From the sequence record OZ035760.1: a stretch of 64,000 nt of DNA, one strand, 5' to 3'. Below, piece by piece: positions 60,569 to 64,000 of this stretch (positions within the stretch are counted from its first letter, which is position 1; each line of letters opens with the position of its first letter). The notes under the pieces are model-generated. The model had not been told where the DNA came from and did not search any database. It saw only the letters and a program-made list of their open reading frames with translations. Source of the stretch: Tequatrovirus NIC06P2. The translations under genes and the position numbers were made by a program.

Positions 60569-61724
60569 TTAACTGTTCGAGGTCAGTTTCTAAATCAGCA
60601 GCTGATTTACTTTTACTTTCTGGAGATTTAAATTTTTCAACCTTTGAGTTAATCAATTCATCAACTTCAGCTTCAACAATTTCATTACTATCAATAGCAC
60701 CTAACTGATAAGCACGTTTAATAGCATCTCGGAATGGTTGATGCTTAAATAAAGGACCCCAGAATGTAGTGCAGTTGGTATCTTTTGCACGCCAAGATTT
60801 TTCTTCGCGAATCATCTCACCGGTTTCTTCATCAAGAAATTCACGGGCATACCAGCCATTTTTAGGTTTTACTACAAATCCTAATTCTAGAGCCATATCT
60901 AACAATCCAGAATAAGGATCGATACCACCGTCAAATTTAACATCAATAAAGAATTTACTTTTTTCTTTAACGGTACGAGATTTTTCTACATTTAGAACAA
61001 ATTGATACCCCTGAAGATCAGAACCATCTTTAATTTGACGTTTACCGATAATGAATACAGTATCAGCCGAATACATTACGCCTGTACCGCCTGTCATCAC
61101 GGTTTTACTAAACATTTCAATTGTTTCAATTGTATGGTTAACCGCAACGCACGGAATATTTTTAATGCTAAAATAAGGAGTAACAATACGGAATAATGAC
61201 TTCAGTGATTTAGCACGAGTCATATCTGCCACAGATTTTTCATTCAAGGCATCTTCCGTTTCTTTCTTAGAAGCCATATTACCGATTGAGTCGATGAATA
61301 CAATAACCTTTTCACCACGCTCAATAGTTTCAAGCTGATTCACCATATCAATTTTCAGCTGTTCAACTGATTGGATTGGCGTATGAATTACTCGTTCCGG
61401 GTCAACACCCATAGACTTAAGATAAGCCGGAGTGATACCAAACTCTGAGTCATAGAACAAACAGATAGCATCAGGATACTTATTCAAATAAGCTGCTACC
61501 ATTGTCAGTGACATATTAGATTTAAAATGTTTAGAAGGCCCTGCGAAAATAGTTAAACCAGACTGCATACCACCATCAATCGCACCGCTAATTGCAATAT
61601 TAAGCATTGGAATTTTTGTACGAATTACATCCTTTTCATTAAAGAATTTAGATGTAGTCAGTTCAGCAGTCATTTTAGAAGTGGAAGCTTTAATCAAACG
61701 GGATTTTAAATCTGCAATAGACAT
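60543..61724 (-). CDS. uvsX: UvsX recombinase (RecA-like, 393 aa)
   Basis: Walker A GPSKHFKS, matches T4 UvsX; acidic C-terminal tail. Confidence 0.95.
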   Translation of the reverse strand: MSIADLKSRLIKASTSKMTAELTTSKFFNEKDVIRTKIPMLNIAISGAIDGGMQSGLTIFAGPSKHFKSNMSLTMVAAYLNKYPDAICLFYDSEFGITPAYLKSMGVDPERVIHTPIQSVEQLKIDMVNQLETIERGEKVIVFIDSIGNMASKKETEDALNEKSVADMTRAKSLKSLFRIVTPYFSIKNIPCVAVNHTIETIEMFSKTVMTGGTGVMYSADTVFIIGKRQIKDGSDLQGYQFVLNVEKSRTVKEKSKFFIDVKFDGGIDPYSGLLDMALELGFVVKPKNGWYAREFLDEETGEMIREEKSWRAKDTNCTTFWGPLFKHQPFRDAIKRAYQLGAIDSNEIVEAEVDELINSKVEKFKSPESKSKSAADLETDLEQLSDMEEFNE

Positions 61725-61801
61725 TCATTTTTTCCATAGGCATCATTATATTTTCCTCACTGGTTAAAGATAGAGTAATTATAACACAATAAATTTAGGC
61801 A

Positions 61802-62644
61802 TTAATCAACTGCTATTGGATGAATAGCATTAAACTTATGAAATGCTTCTGATTTTTCTTTACGAGAAACACACATGCGAAGAACCTTTAATGGCTCGTC
61901 TTCTTCACCCAACGATTTTCGTTTTTCAATATTAGAAGTTTTCCAACGAGCTTGCTCTGGAAACTCTCTATTGATTTGCTCAAGCGCTCTATTATGTTTA
62001 GAATTACTGCGAATTGAACTGCACCCGCCAGGAGCTTGTGCTTTTCCAGATACAACCAGATATTTGAACAAGGCCAAATGCGGATAACCTTGATTAATTA
62101 AATTGAGAAATGCATACATATCTTCGCATAAATCAATTTTTCCATACCCAATTTGTTCTGTGGTAAGTTTTCCGAGGTCATACCATGTATTCGTGAATCC
62201 GTATGAATTTTCACGATAATTACCCCAAGATGAAGTAATTTTAAAAATTGGTAGACGAGCATGACCGTGATAATACCCGCAATCCATGGCATCTTCAACG
62301 TATTGAATCAATTCATAGAACTGTTCACGAGTTAATTGATTAATTTTATCTACACATCGGCGATCATCTCTTTTTCGCATTGAACTCATACGAATAGTAG
62401 TATCATCGTCAATCATCCAGATTCGTTGACCTGCATACATATCAGTAATTGCTTTACGAGTACCGGCAATTCCGTTTACATCATCAGGAATAGTTACAAT
62501 TTTAGCTTTAGACCCATAGGCATCATAATAAGCTTTTTCTTCATGTTCACGTACTACGATATGAGGTTCATAATCAGTCGGAAACATATCAAGGGCAGAA
62601 ACTGCCCCTACACGTTGATAGCTCGGAATTACGAATTGAATCAT
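61802..62644 (-). CDS. putative GT-A fold glycosyltransferase at the T4 beta-gt position (280 aa)
   Basis: DxD-type motif (WMIDDDTT); sits between uvsX and gene 42 where T4 carries beta-gt but does not resemble it; consistent with a T2/T6-type enzyme. Confidence 0.55.
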   Translation of the reverse strand: MIQFVIPSYQRVGAVSALDMFPTDYEPHIVVREHEEKAYYDAYGSKAKIVTIPDDVNGIAGTRKAITDMYAGQRIWMIDDDTTIRMSSMRKRDDRRCVDKINQLTREQFYELIQYVEDAMDCGYYHGHARLPIFKITSSWGNYRENSYGFTNTWYDLGKLTTEQIGYGKIDLCEDMYAFLNLINQGYPHLALFKYLVVSGKAQAPGGCSSIRSNSKHNRALEQINREFPEQARWKTSNIEKRKSLGEEDEPLKVLRMCVSRKEKSEAFHKFNAIHPIAVD

Positions 62645-63282
62645 TTAAGTGCCTTACATTTGTCAAAATGGTATCTTGTCATATTTGGCCCACGTCCTTT
62701 TAGTCCGCAATGCGGACATATTTTTTCTATCAAATTATGAGGTTTTCCTTTACGATTTTTAGACATCGTTTCTTTAATTATTTTAGCTTTTTCTACGCCA
62801 AAAATTTCTTCATAAGTTTTACCAGAATTTTCCTTGGCTCGATTTATAATTCCATATGCCTGCTCATTTTTACCATACATTGGATTACCTTCGCCTTTCA
62901 TTCTTTTAGAATGATCAGGACGCTTGATTCCACGAAAGGCATTTCCGCACTTATATCTTTCTTCTGGAGATAGTTTTTTACCGTACATTCCATTTAATTT
63001 GCCTGGAAAACTTCCTCCCCATGCTTCATTCTTTAAATTATATGAATCCGGACAATTAGCAGCATCTAAACAAGTTAAAATAATTTCTTCAACCTGTCTA
63101 AACATTGGTCCTTCATATAATATTTCTTTATTAAAGAATTTTATTCCATATTTCTTTTTAGCATGTTGCCAAACTACACCCGAACCATCATAATTCGGGT
63201 TGTGACCATCATGACTTCCTATATACCACTTTTTAGTTTTAGGATGTTTATACTTATAAACATGTGGCACATTTACTTCCAT
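62641..63282 (-). CDS. GIY-YIG homing endonuclease, Seg-like (213 aa)
   Basis: N-terminal GIY-YIG motif (HVYKYKH...KKWYIGSHDG), NUMOD3-like repeats (NGMYGKKLSPEER; GEGNPMYGKNEQ), C-terminal CPHCG zinc finger. Confidence 0.7.
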   Translation of the reverse strand: MEVNVPHVYKYKHPKTKKWYIGSHDGHNPNYDGSGVVWQHAKKKYGIKFFNKEILYEGPMFRQVEEIILTCLDAANCPDSYNLKNEAWGGSFPGKLNGMYGKKLSPEERYKCGNAFRGIKRPDHSKRMKGEGNPMYGKNEQAYGIINRAKENSGKTYEEIFGVEKAKIIKETMSKNRKGKPHNLIEKICPHCGLKGRGPNMTRYHFDKCKALK

Positions 63283-63998
63283 TTTCCAGTATAATCCTTT
63301 TTAGCAATATGAGTCTCACCGGTGTTCCACCAATGGTCAACTAAATAAAACTGATTTTCGTACACATGAAGACTTCCAACGTTCCATATAATAGAACCTG
63401 CTTTATATTGCCGCGATGGGTCGCCTGCATTCAAATCAGATACTAATTTATATAGTACGTATTTTTGCCAAGCATAATCATTACGATAGCCTGCCCAGCA
63501 ATCATTGCTTCTCATGCTAACAACCGCATTGACTTTCTTATCACGAATCAGGTACTGTACTGTATTAGTACACATGAAATCTGACATGCCATCTTTATTG
63601 TAGTCAAACTGCATAGATGGACGAGTATAAATCATGATACCACGTCGAGAATCAGGATTTTGACCAAGTTCAGCTAAACACATATCATACTGGGCATAGT
63701 TATCTTCTGACCAGATAGCCCAACCATAATTTGAGTTAATTTCGCCTTTAGAAGATGCTACCTGTTGCCAAATCTTCGGTGTTTCACCCGGAATATCTTT
63801 AACAAACAGACTTTGAGACTTGTACCATTCAAGTTCACGCTGAATGTATTCATCATTAAGAGCGCCAAAAATAAACGGTTCATCTGCTACAAATGATGCG
63901 CCAATAATTTCAATAGTTTTAACACCAGTTTTATCAACTACGAAATCTTTTTCCTTTAATGCAGTTCCCAAATAAAAACGGATTTCTTCAACTGTCAT
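63273..63998 (-). CDS. 42: dCMP hydroxymethylase gp42 (at least 241 aa; N-terminus may extend past the window edge)
   Basis: Thymidylate-synthase-like fold with T4 gp42 sequence (MTVEEIR...); the ORF start is 2 nt from the window end. Confidence 0.9.
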   Translation of the reverse strand: MTVEEIRFYLGTALKEKDFVVDKTGVKTIEIIGASFVADEPFIFGALNDEYIQRELEWYKSQSLFVKDIPGETPKIWQQVASSKGEINSNYGWAIWSEDNYAQYDMCLAELGQNPDSRRGIMIYTRPSMQFDYNKDGMSDFMCTNTVQYLIRDKKVNAVVSMRSNDCWAGYRNDYAWQKYVLYKLVSDLNAGDPSRQYKAGSIIWNVGSLHVYENQFYLVDHWWNTGETHIAKKDYTGKWK

Positions 63999-64000
63999 AG

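Overview
The window is a contiguous segment of a T4-like (T-even, Tequatrovirus-type) myovirus genome, in the same orientation as the T4 reference map. Gene order on the minus strand is: 30.x-region ORFs, rIII, 31, cd, pseT, alc, rnlA, denA, nrdB (with a group I intron carrying a full-length I-TevIII-like HNH endonuclease), nrdA, td (intronless), frd, 32, 59, 33, dsbA, rnh. The late tail-fibre/lysis module 34-35-36-37-38-t follows on the plus strand. The minus strand then resumes with asiA, arn, motA, 52, ndd, denB, rIIB, rIIA, a fused gene 39 topoisomerase subunit, motB, dexA, dda, srd, modA, modB, soc, 56, 61, sp, dmd, 41, 40, uvsX, a GT-A glycosyltransferase, a GIY-YIG Seg-like endonuclease and gene 42. 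Named genes were assigned by recalled similarity to T4 proteins and by conserved synteny; no database search was run. Relative to T4 the window looks T2/T6-like at several loci: a glycine-rich gp38 adhesin with a gp37 C-terminal autochaperone domain, a single fused gene 39, no mobA/mobE, no td intron, and a different glycosyltransferase at the beta-gt position. I could not identify a clearly novel multi-gene system. The best candidates for undescribed functions are accessory insertions: a 115-aa ORF between frd and td, a plus-strand membrane ORF where T4 has dam, an HNH endonuclease between soc and 56, and clusters of small secreted or membrane ORFs. Early promoters (GTTTAC -35 type), late promoters (TATAAATA) and GNRA/UUCG-loop terminator hairpins punctuate the region, and several are repeated verbatim.
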